Below, piece after piece: positions 12,331 through 25,700 of a stretch of 64,000 bases of DNA. Under the pieces are notes generated by a model. That model saw only the letters and a list, made by a program, of their open reading frames with translations, searched no databases and had not been told where the DNA came from. The position numbers and the translations under genes were made by a program. The DNA comes from Podarcis gaigeae (taxonomy: Eukaryota), in NCBI GenBank assembly GCA_964106915.2, contig OZ066923.1; one strand, 5' to 3'. Each line of letters begins with the position of its first letter. Position 1 is the stretch's first letter.

Positions 12331-13279
12331 TTGCAAATTGCTGTAGCTTCAGCGGTCTGGTTTCTAGCACTTATAAAGGGATAAGTGGAGTGGTCTGGGC
12401 TCCTCCTGCCTCGTGGTCCCCTGAAATTTGAGCATTGATCAGGAGGGAAGCGCTGACTAACTGCAACAAATCCTTGGAGGGGATTGTTTTTTTTAATTCA
12501 ATAAAGTTGTGGTATTTTATTATGAAAGTTAATTAAAGCTGTGTTTTAACCAAGGTACACTGAGAACTTAAAATTGTTAGTTTTGCAAAGCAGAATGTGC
12601 TAACCTTGAAAGATAACAGTGCAGCCAAGACCCAGAAATTCTTATAGCCAAGAAATATATTAGCAACTACAGTACTTAGAAGGAAATGCTACTTTTAATT
12701 AAAAGGGGTGTGTGTGTGTGAATGGTTTTCCTTGTCAAGGCTGAAGCTGGGGTGCAATCAAGGGGTGAAGATCAAGCTATACCTTTTAATTCTGAAATGT
12801 AAAATTCATTTTTTTTAAATATATTTTTTATTTGTGGTATTTCTATCAACTGCCCAATTACACAGTCCTCTGCATGAGGATATAAAGATAAAATGCTAAA
12901 ACACAATATGAAATATATCATTTTCCCCTGGTTTCTCTCTCTTCTGTTTCCATTGTTTTATTGTTGGCTTCTTGATTTAATGAATTTGGTATTGTTTTGT
13001 GTCATTGTTTTATCTTAAGATACTCTAAAGCCATCATGAGTTGACATTTTGTCTAGAAAAGTGGGATATAAATTTCAATGTAAATCGTAAGATTTATTTA
13101 AGTATATTTAAGACTATGCCTAGCAGAAGGAGCAAATCCTTTGCATGCTTATTCAGAAGCAAGCCCAATTGAGTACTCATTTATTTAACCATTCAATTGA
13201 TTTATTAGCCACCATATAACAGAAGGTCTCTGGGTGGCCTGCAAAGGAAAACAATAATTTTAAAAATCACATTAGGTTT

Positions 13280-13795
13280 AGTAAGCAGAGAAATATACAA
13301 GCAGGATAAAACATTGTTTTTATATGCAGCAACTGCGGAAAGAATGTTACTAGCCCAAAGATGGAAGCAAGAAGATTTACCAATGAAAGAAGAGTGGCAG
13401 ATGAAATTAATAGACTACGCAGAATTGGTGAAAGTGACGGGGAAAATTCGGAACCAGCAGGATCAGTCTTTTCAGAAAGACTGGAATAAATTTGTTATAT
13501 TTGAAAAGACAACTGTAAACAATTAACATCACTAGCAGGGTTATAGGAAGTTTTGTGAGGAGAAATTAATCACTTATTACCTATTGTAGTTAATTAAGTA
13601 ATTATATAAGGATAAGATTTAGCAGGAATAAGAAATATAGGAAAACGCAATATATAGAGATTTGGTTTGAAAACCATCAGTCAGGTAGGAGGGAAGTCAC
13701 AAGCTCTTGGAGCCAGATGTTCTACTTTTGTAAAAAGGTTGCTATGATGTCATGTAAGAAAGTATTTGTAAAAACCAATAAAAATTATTTAAAAA
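13280..13795 (+). mobile_element. L1-like LINE 3' end
   Basis: LYAATAERMLLAQRWKQEDLP..EEWQMKLIDYAEL...FQKDWNKF resembles a reptile L1 ORF2 C-terminus, followed by AATAAA and an A-rich tail; a similar fragment lies at about 36430-36665. Confidence 0.7.
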
Positions 13796-14998
13796 ATTAA
13801 AAATCACAGTTCTGTGAAAGACAGTTTAAATGCAGCAAAAGTACAGCTTTAAAATCAGATAGCTTTAAAGTCAAATAGAACCACTTAGAACAAGCAAATA
13901 AAACACCACAGCATCATAACAATTAAAGTAGAGAGCAAAGAAGTAAAACCTATCAGAGAACTAAATAACAACATAATAAAAATTTAAATGGTGTTAGAAA
14001 ATAAAGAGAAATTTACATGGCACTGAAAAGACATTAGTGCATTCACAATTGCAGACTAGAGCTTCCTTTGAGGTAAGACTTCATTTAGGAATCAACCCAA
14101 GATAGAAAAACTCCCTTATTTTCAAGACTTGTTAAAACTCAAATATTGCTGTGGCTGTGTTTATTTATATTTGCGTGCTATCAGTATGAGAGTAGTATAA
14201 TTTTTGGAAATTTACAGTTCAATCCTGTGTATATTTACTCAGAAATAATAAATTCTACTAAGGTAAATAGTGCAAATTCTCTACAAGTCAGTTTTAAGAT
14301 TGTAGTTTGAATGTTCGCAGCATACCTGAAGTACTGCATTGTCAACAAACTATTGAAGTATCCCCATACTGAAATAAGTGGTTGATAACAATGTCTGGAT
14401 AGGATCCTAAACACATTTACATCTAAGTAAATCCTCTCCCCATTTGCTCACACATTTCTGGCAGGCTTTTGTTTTGTCTGGAAAGGGAAATGTCTCCTTT
14501 TCGCAGCCAGTGTTTTCCTAGACACTGCCAAGAACTGAGCAAGCAGCTGGTGCCCCTGAGCAAAAAGGCCATGGCCCCAATCCAGCAGAGGATCGGGGTA
14601 CCTACTGCTGCACTCACTGAATACCCATTAGCATCTAAAATGTTAGCAGTTGTAAAAGTGCTGATCTCTTGATCGCTGGCAAAGATGGAGCGTCTCGATT
14701 CCCTGTTCTTCCCTCCTAAGAGGTACTATCAGTGCAGAGTTGAGCTTTGCAAATTCATCCCAGGTACTAAACAAGGCGGGCTTGGGGAACCTGTTGCCCT
14801 CCAAATGCTGCTGGATTTCAACGCCTGTCAGCATAGACGGTGACCATGGATGATGGGAGTTGTAGTCCAATAAGAACTGGAGGACCATAGGTTCTCTGCC
14901 CCTGAGTGCAAGGTACAATTGCCCCCTCTATAGCAATCCTTTGTACACAGCCAATCTACACACACGAGATCACTCACACAGATTGAAGTGCCCAAATA

Positions 14999-15263
14999 CG
15001 GTCATACCTTGGTTTTTGACCAGCCTTGTTCTTGAACGTTTTGGCTCCCAAACACAAATGCAGGAGTGTTCCAGTTTGCGAACTATTTTTGGAAGCCGAA
15101 TGTCCAGTTTGTAAACTATTTTTAGAAGCCGAATGGACCTCAGGTTACATACGCTTGCAGGAGCTTCCTGCAGCCAATCAGAAGCTGCACTTTGGTTTCC
15201 AAACGTTTTGGAAGTCAAACGAACTTCCAGAACACATTCTGTTCGACTTCCAAGGTACGACTG
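14999..15263. mobile_element. Tigger/pogo-like MITE
   Basis: TA-CGGTCATACCTTGG ... CCAAGGTACGACTG-TA. Confidence 0.75.
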
Positions 15264-15468
15264 TACAAAGGTTCTTACTTGGGATGGAGGCAAAATTCAG
15301 TTTTGTTTGTATGGTCAATGAGAAACTACCTGTTTCACACTTCTTGAACCAACACTCAGATTGAAACCCAGTTAGCCTTTGAAATTCACACTTGATGCAG
15401 TTCTGCCACCCAACAACGTGTACAAAAATGCTTGAACATGGAGAAAGTGAATATGGAGAAAGTGAATA

Positions 15469-15694
15469 CAGTGGTACCTCAGGTTACATACGCTTCAGGT
15501 TACAGACTCTGCTAACCCAGAAATAGTGCTTCAGGTTAAGAACTTTGCTTCAGGATGAGAACAGAAATCTTGCTCCGGCGGCGTGGCAGCAGCGGGAGGC
15601 CCCATTAGCTAAAGTGGTGCTTCAGGTTAAGAACAGTTTCAGGTTAAGAACGGACCTCCGGAACGAATTAAGTACTTAACCTGAGGTACCACTG
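15469..15694. mobile_element. Tigger/pogo-like MITE (family also at 45171, 49920 and 53688)
   Basis: TA-CAGTGGTACCTCAGGTTA ... TAACCTGAGGTACCACTG-TA; internal TCAGGTTAAGAAC repeats. Confidence 0.9.
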
Positions 15695-18019
15695 TATGGA
15701 GAAAGAAATGCATGTATTAGTGAAATTACTATACAAATATGCATATATTAAAGGAAATTGCCTGTAACGTGTTTAGGTGCATACAAAAAAATTCTCATCA
15801 GGGGACATACACACTGAAATGCTGGTGAATTTTCGTTAAGTTTTGTTTTGTTTTTTAATTTGGATAGTACTGCAAAAATGTGGAGAACTGAATCTAAGAG
15901 TAGGAACATAAGAAATGGGGGAAACTGGCAGATTCATCCATCCATAGTTCTTGCTGATGGCCTATATGTTTATTAAATGGAAAACCTGAATGAACTACTG
16001 AATTGATGTATCAGAATAAACTACGGTATCTCTGAGTACTGGAAAAATAGTCGAGAACAATGTCACTAGCAAAGCCTAAAAAACTCGGTCAATAATGCAA
16101 CCATTTCATCACATGTCAGACTTAAGTCCTGATTCATTCATCTCACATATCTACCATGTCGTATTATTTATGTTAACTAATTCTACTCTGCATTCCAGAC
16201 ATTGGTCCCTTCAAGCCCCAAATAAATTCCCTGAGCCACTACTTCTCACTAGATCCACTCATTTCCAAGGAATGAGCAAGCCTCCTGCCCCACCAGTCAG
16301 ACCCCTAACCTTCCTTATCTTGTAGGCTGTGGAGGAGAGAAAAAATGCATCACAGAATTCCTAATTCTTCCACCAAGAACCCTGGGCCACCAAAACAAAG
16401 CATATTCACATCATGAGTCAGGTTGCAGAAAACGCACTCACAAATGACATGTTCAATGTGCATAATTTATTCTAATTGACTCCCCCCCCCCCCTATTTTC
16501 TGCTAACAGGATTTAGGATTTTTTTAAAGCCCAGAATCCAAAGACCTCATACATCTTCCTAATCTTCAGATTAATCACATTATTTTTGTAATGATTCTCC
16601 TGATCTCAGAAACCACTGGAAACAGGCACAGACAGATTGCCTTCAGAAGAAAGCAAGCAGGCAAAGCAATACCTATTTATTGATCCAATTCCCCTTCACC
16701 AAATTCCACAAGTTTTTGAACTTTGCAGAACGGTTAAGGTTGCTCTGTAGCACTTTAAAAGAAGCAGGCTCTTGTTTTTTGAAGTGGTTCTTTACTTCTT
16801 CTGCACTAGGCAGATGGCAGAAAGGGGGGGGGATCCAAGCTGAAAAAACAACATGGCAAATCATGCCCACGGTTGGTTCTGCATTCAGACCAAAGGGGGT
16901 CCTCCTTTGGATAACGAGTGATAATTATAGATTAGAAAAGAGCCAGATCAGCAGCTGCTGCTGCTGCTTGCGTTTGTTCCCTGTTGTAGCTGACAGCAGT
17001 AGAGAACTTGGCAAAAACAGGCTTCCAGAAGTAGAAAGACATGTTAACCCCTGTGCTTGTCAGTCCGCTATGGTGAGGACTCCAGGGAGCAATTAAAGCC
17101 CTGATAGGCTGTGTGCCTAAGGTGGAGAGGGAAACAAAGTGACCTGAACGCTCCCACGCTTGGGGAGCACAGAAGGCCTCAGATCATCATCTCTGTGCTT
17201 GAGTGATCTCATCAGGAGAGCAGGTTAGTCGATTTATATTTTGATATCCCTCCGTGCTTGAGTTAACCTGAGTTAACACTTGAACAAATATTGGGGGGGG
17301 GGGGTTTAAACATGCAGCAAAGCCTCATTTACTTCAGTCAGTCATGCTGTAGCCTTTCTTATGCCTGCATGTGATTGATGTTCTTACGGTGTTTTATTTA
17401 CACTTGCAATTCTAGGATACACAGTTACTGTACAACACACACAAAACCCACAGCAGTTATTTATAGTTGCATTAAAAGTACTGACTGCAGAGGCATTCGG
17501 TGGTTGCTTTTCACGATGGGGAGATTATTGTCTGTTTGTGATTATTTAATACTTTTTTAAAAGCTTGCGTGATCAATTTATATGAGCTCGTTTCTTGGGA
17601 GGGTGTCATGAAAAGGCCTCAAAGGGGAAATGATGAATAGAGGTGGGATTAATACTCCTTTCCAATATGAGTTTTAAAAATCTATTATTTTTTAAAAAAA
17701 TTGAAAAGTTTGAGTTATAAATTGAATAAATAATATGGTTTGGAGGCTAATGTACAATCCCATTATCCATTATGTGTGGCTAATAAAACCATGCAAGTCT
17801 GCATGCAAGTAAATCCCCTTGAATTTCCCAGGTCAAGTGTTTAGGGGATTACAGCCTAAATTCCACCATTTTCAGTAAAGCCAGATTGCAGCTCGTGTCT
17901 TTGTTAGGTGGTTTCTTAAACACGGCCAATGCATACTGCCAATAACATTGCAACTAATGCCTTTTGCTACTTTGGGTCCCAACTGGCTTAATCGGTGCTT
18001 TGAAAATGTTTCACTGATG

Positions 18020-18229
18020 CAGGCATGTCCAACAGGTAGTTTGTGATCTACCGGTAGATCACTGGATGTCCGCGGTAGATCATTGGCTCCCCCCAAAGAA
18101 GCTGAACAACTATGGCTCCCCTAAAAAAAGCTCAACAACTTTGACCTGTACCCCAAGAAAGGGGGTAGATCACTGCCAGTTTTTAACTCTGTGAGTAGAT
18201 GGCCGTCTCTTGAGAGTTGGTCACCCCTG
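18020..18229. mobile_element. hAT MITE
   Basis: CAGGCATGTCCAAC ... GTTGGTCACCCCTG; 8-bp TSD cactgatg/cactaatg. Confidence 0.8.
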
Positions 18230-18899
18230 CACTAATGGAACATTTGTCTGGGTTGGGAAATACGTCTCCTACTGCTGAGTCTACCCAGAGGATGGAAAGC
18301 TGCATTCTAAGCAGCATGTTGAAACCCCAGTAAAGGTCCAGAGGGTCTATTGGTATTTCTATGCTCACTGCAGCATCATTGCTAATGACATGTTAGATTG
18401 GCGTTAGAACAGCTTGAGTTACGTAGAATAAAACCTGTCTATTAGCAGGGTTGCCACACAATTGCAGGATCCGGTGTCTCTTATAGAATTCATAATTTAC
18501 AGCATATTGTTATCCCTTGGAGCTACATAGCTTGGTAAAATGTAGGCTATGCCTGTAGAAATCACAGCAGGCATCCAGATTGCACGTGCTGTGAATACTC
18601 TGGTAACACTGTTCCTTGTGGTGGCTGCTGTGATGCTGTATGTCCAAGTTGATATTCTACGTAAAAAAAACTGAGCTTAAATCCTGGAAAGAGGGGCCTG
18701 GTGGATGAGTAGTTCCCAGATCCAGGAGACAGCTGGTTTTCCTGTTCTGGGTGGGGTTGCACTTTCTCTGAAGGAGATGCGGTCTGTGGGTACACCTTGA
18801 GCCACCTCTGTCACCAGAGGCCCAAGTGACCTCCATGACCAGGAGTGCTTTTTACCAGTTCCTGCTGGTATGCCAGCTGCAACTATTTATGGATTACAA

Positions 18900-19505
18900 G
18901 AGCCTGACCACAATGGCTCATGCACTGGTAACCTCAAGGCTTGATTACTGTAACACGCTTTACGTGGGTCTACCCCTGTATCCCTTCTAAAAGTTTCAAC
19001 CAGGGCAAAATGAAGCTGCCAGACTGTTCACAGGAGTAGGTTACTGGCAACAAGTTACTCCGCTCAGTAACTCTGCTGAGAGAGATGTGCTGGTTGCTGA
19101 TTTGCTACGCAACCAGGTTCAAGGTGCTTGTGTTAATTCACAAAACCCTAGTCAGCTTAGGCCCAGATTACTTAAAGAATCATCTGATCCCTTCAATGCT
19201 ACCACATGTACTGAGATCTTCCGATGGAGCAAGTGTGGTAGTCCCCCACACCCCTGAGTTTCAATTGTCCTTCACTAGGGAGTGAAAAGAGGCATTAGTG
19301 TGGCCTGTGGAACATCTTACCAGTAGAGGTTTGGTGGGACCCACTCCTATCTTCTTTCAGACCCCTTTTTTAACCAATGATGCTTTCTCGATCTTATAAT
19401 AGCATTTTTATGGATGCTTTTTCTGATTGCATTCTTATATGTAGTATACCACCTTGGTGTATATTTTTTAATGAAAGTGTGGATTAATATGCAAATAATT
19501 AAATA
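18900..19505 (+). mobile_element. Old L2/CR1-group LINE 3' fragment
   Basis: Decayed LVTSRLDYCNTLYVGLP ... QNEAARL ... RFKVLVLIHK motifs. Related fragments at about 32580-32860 (-) and 44530-44980. Confidence 0.7.
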
Positions 19506-19570
19506 AAAATTATACGGGTTACCTGTTGTGTTTTGTCTTTCCATTTTCCCAGGAGCAACCAGCAGAGGCG

Positions 19571-19722
19571 ATGACAGTCACATACTCTAGTAAAGTAGCA
19601 AATGCCACTTTCTTTGGGTTCCACAGATTGCTTCTCAAGTGGAAAGGAAGCATCTACAAACTGCTTTACAGAGAATTTTTGCTCTTTGCTTTTCTCTACA
19701 CTGCAATAAGTCTATTATACAG
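19571..19722 (+). CDS. BEST3: BEST3 coding exon 1 (exon starts at 19553 with 18 nt of 5'UTR)
   Basis: ttttcccag acceptor; [15 protein letters not shown]...AISLLYR; gtactg donor. Confidence 0.95.
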
Positions 19723-22700
19723 GTACTGGGTTGTTGTTTTTTCCACCTCGTGAAAAACTCCGTATTGCAATCTTTCCTTGGATAATGATGGAGGGATCTG
19801 CAACAAAACGTTTCAGTATGTTGTTTTCTGTTCAGGATGCAGTTGTAGCCAATCCTGCCCTTTCTCAAGATACTCTGTTCCAGGGATGTGTAGCCCTCCA
19901 AATGTTGTTGGGAGTCCTATCAGCTCAAGCCATCATGGCCAACCATGGTGAAGGATGATGGGAGTTGTCATCAAGCAACATCTGGAGGGTGAAAGATTAC
20001 CCACACCTCCTAGTTTTATGACTCCCATCCCCCTCACCAGCACTCAAGTGATCTGTGGCCTGAACTATTCCCTTGCCACAAATACATGGGCTTGTTCTCC
20101 TCCACAAGGAATTCTCCAAACCTGAATTTCCCCCAGGTCTGCTTGCATCTTCTTGTAGAAGGATGGTGCTATCTAGGCCACATAAAGATTGGTACTTGAA
20201 GAAAGACTTGAAGAAACATGATTATGACACAATCCACTACGATGTTCTCCTGCACAAGCTCTACTGAAGGAGCTATGCAATATCACTATTTATTTAATCT
20301 TCTTAAATGTATATCCTACTTTTCTCATGGAACCCGAGACAGCGTACAAGTGGTTTCCCAGGGTCTACCCATCCAGGCACTGACCTGACTCAAACCTGCT
20401 TGGCTTCAGCAAGAGCATACAAGGTCCAGGATCTCTTGTGCAGCCCCCATGCCTCCTGTTCCAATAAGGAAGCTGATTGCCTTGCAGTTATCTTGGGAGT
20501 CACTCCTACACCGACTGACAATGAAATGGAAAAGTCTCTGATATTCAACAGCAAAAGTGTTGTGAAAACAAAGCTACATCCCTTTATGAAGACAAATACT
20601 CAATTATAACAATATGTCAATAGGAGAGCTATAGCTTCCCCTCCCCCAATTAGTAATACATTCTAGCAAAAACAGGCCCATTTATGTCTTGCGGTGGTTT
20701 TTCCTATCAAATTTCTGCAAGTAGAGCTTTGGGTGTGGGTTGCTTCCTGAGGTGTCCTTGGCCAGAGCTTTGGGTTTCTTCAGAGCTGGATCACATGACA
20801 GCTTCTCCAGGGACATTAGACTGGCCCCATCTCTGATGACATTTAGGCAGGCAGCAAAAATGTTTTATGATTGCAATGGTTTTTCATTTACTGTGCTCTT
20901 GTTTGATCTGTAATTTTCTGTTGTAATTTTGTTGTTGAATTTTAATTTTGTTGTCGTCTTCTTGTTCACTGCCACAGGGGGCCCTAGTTAGGACTGAAAG
21001 GTGGTGTAAAACTGTGTTTATAAATGAATAAAAGGGGGGGAGTGCAATCTAGCCAATTTTGTCTTGTTATAGATCTTTTGGGGAATGTCCTGAATAGTAA
21101 TGAGAGTCGTTTAGAAGCAATCTGCATAGTTTGATCTGGGTGCTGATGTGGATTTAGAGTTTGCATCTTTCACAACCTCCAAGATTCACAACGTGCATAA
21201 GCTATTGTTGAGTGGCCATTGTTTGATTGATTCCTCCTTTCCCACCATGGATTATATAATCAGATGTTTTTAACGGGCTGTATTATTAACGTTATACAGA
21301 ATTGTGTTGTTGTAGAAATATTGTGATAATGCACTGAATATTTCTCATTTTCACCCACGTTGCTAAGCAGGGACAAGCCTATACATGTCTGCTGAGAAGC
21401 ATGACCCAATGAGTTATATGCCCGGAATAATAGTTGTATAATGCATTTCATTCTGCATATCTGAGATTTTTCCATTCACTTGTCAGTCTCGCAGCAGTGG
21501 CTTTTGTCATAATTGTGAAACACACAGACGAGCTTCCTTATCACCTCCTATGCAGTAAATATGACTATTAATACTAATATTCCGGCTTGCTCATATTATA
21601 TTCTTAATATGGAATTAACCTCCTCTTTATAAGAAACTAATTTGAAAAACTAATATCTCCCCCCCCCCTTTTTTTTTTCCTTTTGTCCTTGCAGATTTTT
21701 TCTTACTGGTAGCCAGAAACGATACTTTGAAAAACTGGCCATTTATTGTGACAAATATGCAGAACAAATCCCAGTTACTTTTGTGCTTGGTGAGTATATA
21801 CGTATGTATATCCCATAATTACCATGACTTCGTTTAGGACTTCACCACTAACCTTGAAGCAGGGATGGGCAGGAAGGCTTTTGGGATGTACTGGATAGAT
21901 CTCTGGGTGAGTCATAGTAGATTGGCCCAGATTTCTTACTCCCAAATTGTTTAACAATATTAACTGCACGTCATATGCACCAGGGGTGTACAGCCAGTAG
22001 GCAGCTCAGTTCACAAGCTGCTCTGATGCGATCACAATGTCAGTACCAGTCTGAGGATGGGAGACATGCTAGCACTAGTTTCTCCCCATTTACCAGAGCT
22101 GGCAAAGTGTAGCATCCGCTTCAGGCAGAGCGGATATCATGAAAAGGCAGTGAGTTGTTACTTATTTAAATTCTTAGGATTGTACTTTTACTGCTTGGGA
22201 GGAGAAGGAGGGGAAGTGCTTGTGGAATTTTCTGCCTCTGTGGCCAAAATAATATGGCTGATCTTGGGTGCTGTGCACCTTGAATTGTGGCGTGGGAGTA
22301 GGAATGCACTTGCTGCTCTGTCGTGATATTTTCCTGTTGAATACTCCCGTCAAGAAATCTGACATCACAAAAGAGCTACAGCAGTGGTGGAAAACCTCCT
22401 TTGGCCCTCCACACATAGGAGCCAACTCCTAGGGGCCGAGGTGCTTTCAATCCCCCCAATAAAATATTTGAAGGGCCCGTCCCCCCTAAAGTTGATGGAC
22501 ATTGCCATTCAAATGGTGTGTGTGTGCCACATCTTGTGATCAATTGGCGGGGCTTCCCTGCCCCCCCCATATTTTATTCAAGTTGGCACCCCTGCCTCCA
22601 GATGTTACTAGACTGCAACTCCCATCAGCCCTAACCATTGTGCTTCCTGACTAGGATGGGTGGGAGTCCAGAAGCAACTGGAGAGCCACAAGTTCCCCAC

Positions 22701-25700
22701 TACTGAGTTATAGGCCCCAGCGCTTTCCATGACGGAGGTGTTGTAAGCCTAGGTGTATATTTTAACGGCGCACATTTTTAGAAGAGCCAGAGCTATGTGA
22801 TGATTTGCAGCAACGAATGTGAATCGGGATCTTTCAAAATCTCCAGGCTTCTATGTTACTTTGGTGGTGAACCGTTGGTGGAATCAGTTTGTAAATCTGC
22901 CGTGGCCAGACAGACTTATGCTCTTGATCTCCAGTACTATCCAGGGGAGAGACGAGCACGGCCGCTTGCTCAGAAGAACTCTAATACGTTACGTGAATTT
23001 AACGTCCGTCCTCATCTTCCGTTCAGTGAGCACAGCTGTCTATAAGCGATTTCCAACAATGGACCACGTGGTAGAAGGAGGTATTTGTCCATTTCTCTTC
23101 TTCTCCATCTCAGCCATGTCACATGTGGTCATAACTGAGCAGGGGCAGAATCTTTTGACGTATCAAAAGCATATATATATAGACAAGGCACAGGGCCACA
23201 CAGTGGCGTAGCGTGGGTTGTCAGCACCCGGGGCAAGGCAAGCAATTTGTGCCCCCTAACCCGTGGATTTGCGCCCCCTAACCCGTGGATTTGTGCCCCC
23301 TAACCCTAACCCCCAGGTGTTGCGCCCGGTGCGGCTGGCCCCCCCTGCACCCCCCACGCTACGCCACTGGGGCCACATCATCAGAAAGAGAAGCATCACT
23401 TCCGTCCTTATCCTGGGAGTTGCTTTTCCAGTTAGTAAGTACTTGGGGTGATGCATGAACCATGACAATCATGCTAAATGTAGCATTATAGGAAATGGGA
23501 TTCCACAAGCAGGTTCAGTTTGACTTTAAGAGCTTAGATTCAAAATGGTAGAAACCCATTGTTAAGAGTTTCTGTCAGAGGCCAGGCACCTCCTTCCCAA
23601 AGCCAAGGAAGATTCTGCCCAGCTTAGGGAGGAAGGCGTGATGCTCACACGCACAACAAGCCCCCCCCAAAAAAAATTGTCCTCAGAAGCTGATATCTCT
23701 GGCTCTAACTGTTCCCCTACAAAAAAATTCACCACATGTCACTGCTATCCTCCACATTCTGCCAGTGGCGTAGCGTCGGTTGTCAGCACCCAGGGCAAGG
23801 CAAGTAATTTGCACCCCCTAACCCGTGAATTTGCGCCCCCTAACCCTAACCCCCAGATGTTGCACCCAGTGCGGCCGGCCCCCCCTGCACCCCCCCACGC
23901 TACGCCACTGCATTCTGCACCAACTGCTGCCTCCAGACCAACCCCAAAGGTGGTTTGGGACCACCATATATATATGCAGTACACAGCATGAGCTGTTGCT
24001 TCTCTTTCTTTCAGGTGAAACTGACAGTTTTTTGTTTTTTTAAATACACCATGGCTACAATTTGGTTGGGCCACTGAAGGTTATATAAAACTGCTCCAAG
24101 AGCCGATTCGTCACCCTTGTTTTAGACATAACGTTTGATTGTATGAAGGGGTTCATGGTCATCCTTTTAATAATACATACTTATAAGCAGAAATGAGTAA
24201 GGTTGTCTGGGGTCACGTGCTTCAGAGGATGCGCTTTCTGAACATATATAGGAGATCCAAAGCCAACTCTATTTCTTTATAAACAGGTTTTATGACACCA
24301 GAGGAAAGGAAAATATTTGATGAACTTAAATCTCCCCACCTTAAATACTGGGTCCCCTTTGTCTGGTTTGGAAATTTGGCAGCGAAAGCACGACAGGATG
24401 GAAGGATCAGAGACAGTGTAGACTTACAGACCCTTTTGATCGTAAGTAAGCCAACACAGCATAACGCCATAGGGGGTGAGATGTGCTCTTTCTTAAACAT
24501 GCCTGTTTTACGTATATAAACCATAGGCCTGTCTCTTCCCTTTCCATTATATCACAGTGACTGGGTTTCATCCTACACTACAGTACACCAGGGCCAGCCC
24601 TAGATCAGATGACACCCCAGGCAAGGCATCTTCACATCCTACCCTTCCATTGGTTCGCATTTTGAATGCCTTATTTTCAAGGGATTTGTAGCCTATTGCA
24701 GGGCTGCTGTCAGGCTTGAGTGTGAGGCAGACAAAGTGCCCACTAGTGATTCTCCTCCTATGTTGGCGAGTCTCCTCTGGCTTGCCTAACAGCAGTACTA
24801 GGCAATTGCGTCTGGGAGCCGCCATTTTAATTTCCCACAATGCCCTCGTAGTAGTGTCATTCTAGGACTTTGTAAGACATTAAAATTGCTGTTCCTGGCC
24901 CCAGGAAACATGAAAGGTGTGTTCCAAAAATACAGTGTTATATTGTCAGCTGTCATACGCAAGTGACCTCCTCTGGCCTGTAGCAATGATATGATTTAAA
25001 GTTCAACTGAAAAATCCAGGATATAATTGCATAGTTCAGGCTGCAATCCTGTCCACATATACCTGGATGGAGCAAGCCTCATTGAATTCAAGGGGACTTA
25101 CTTCTGAGTAGACATGTATAGATTGCACTGTTAATTTCATAAAATGTTACTATTTGGCTTTAAGGTTCCAGCCTTAGGGTTCTAGCTCTAAGATCTGCCA
25201 TCCCCCTAGGCAATCCACTGCCTAAACCAATCCTGCTCTGCTATTCTGTGACATCACATCAGTTAAACCAATTGCAGCCAGAGAGTCTGTTACATCACTA
25301 TTATTACCAAGCTCCACCATGCTAATAATAACAAGAATGAAGTCATTCTCTTCAGTGACCACATCAACTTTGTGTTTGTTTGTTTTCCACTTAGGAGATG
25401 AATCGTTATCGATCATGGTGTAGCCTACTATTTGGTTATGACTGGGTTGGAATTCCCCTAGTGTACACACAGGTATCTAAGTGGAACCTTTTGCCAATAT
25501 ACAGAAACAATGTTGAATGGTGGGTAGAGATGGATCTTGGGGTGCTGAAAAGTTTAAACTTAAATTTAGTGTATATTCGAAGCCTGGAAAGTTTGTGTGT
25601 CTCCCTCCACCTCTTCTTGCTTTCACAAATAGTTTATTCCATGAATGGGGATCCTGTGGCCTTCTAGATGTTGCTGGACTCCAACTCCCAGAAGCCCCAG

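Noticed and set aside
11561-12336. Several overlapping long ORFs on both strands (up to 249 aa)
   Set aside because: Expected stop-codon depletion in a GC-rich CpG island; low-complexity R/G/P/A products with no domain.
15469-15694. Regularly spaced TCAGGTTAAGAAC repeats, superficially CRISPR-like
   Set aside because: Internal repeats of a eukaryotic MITE that is present four times with the same spacers; vertebrate genome with no cas genes.
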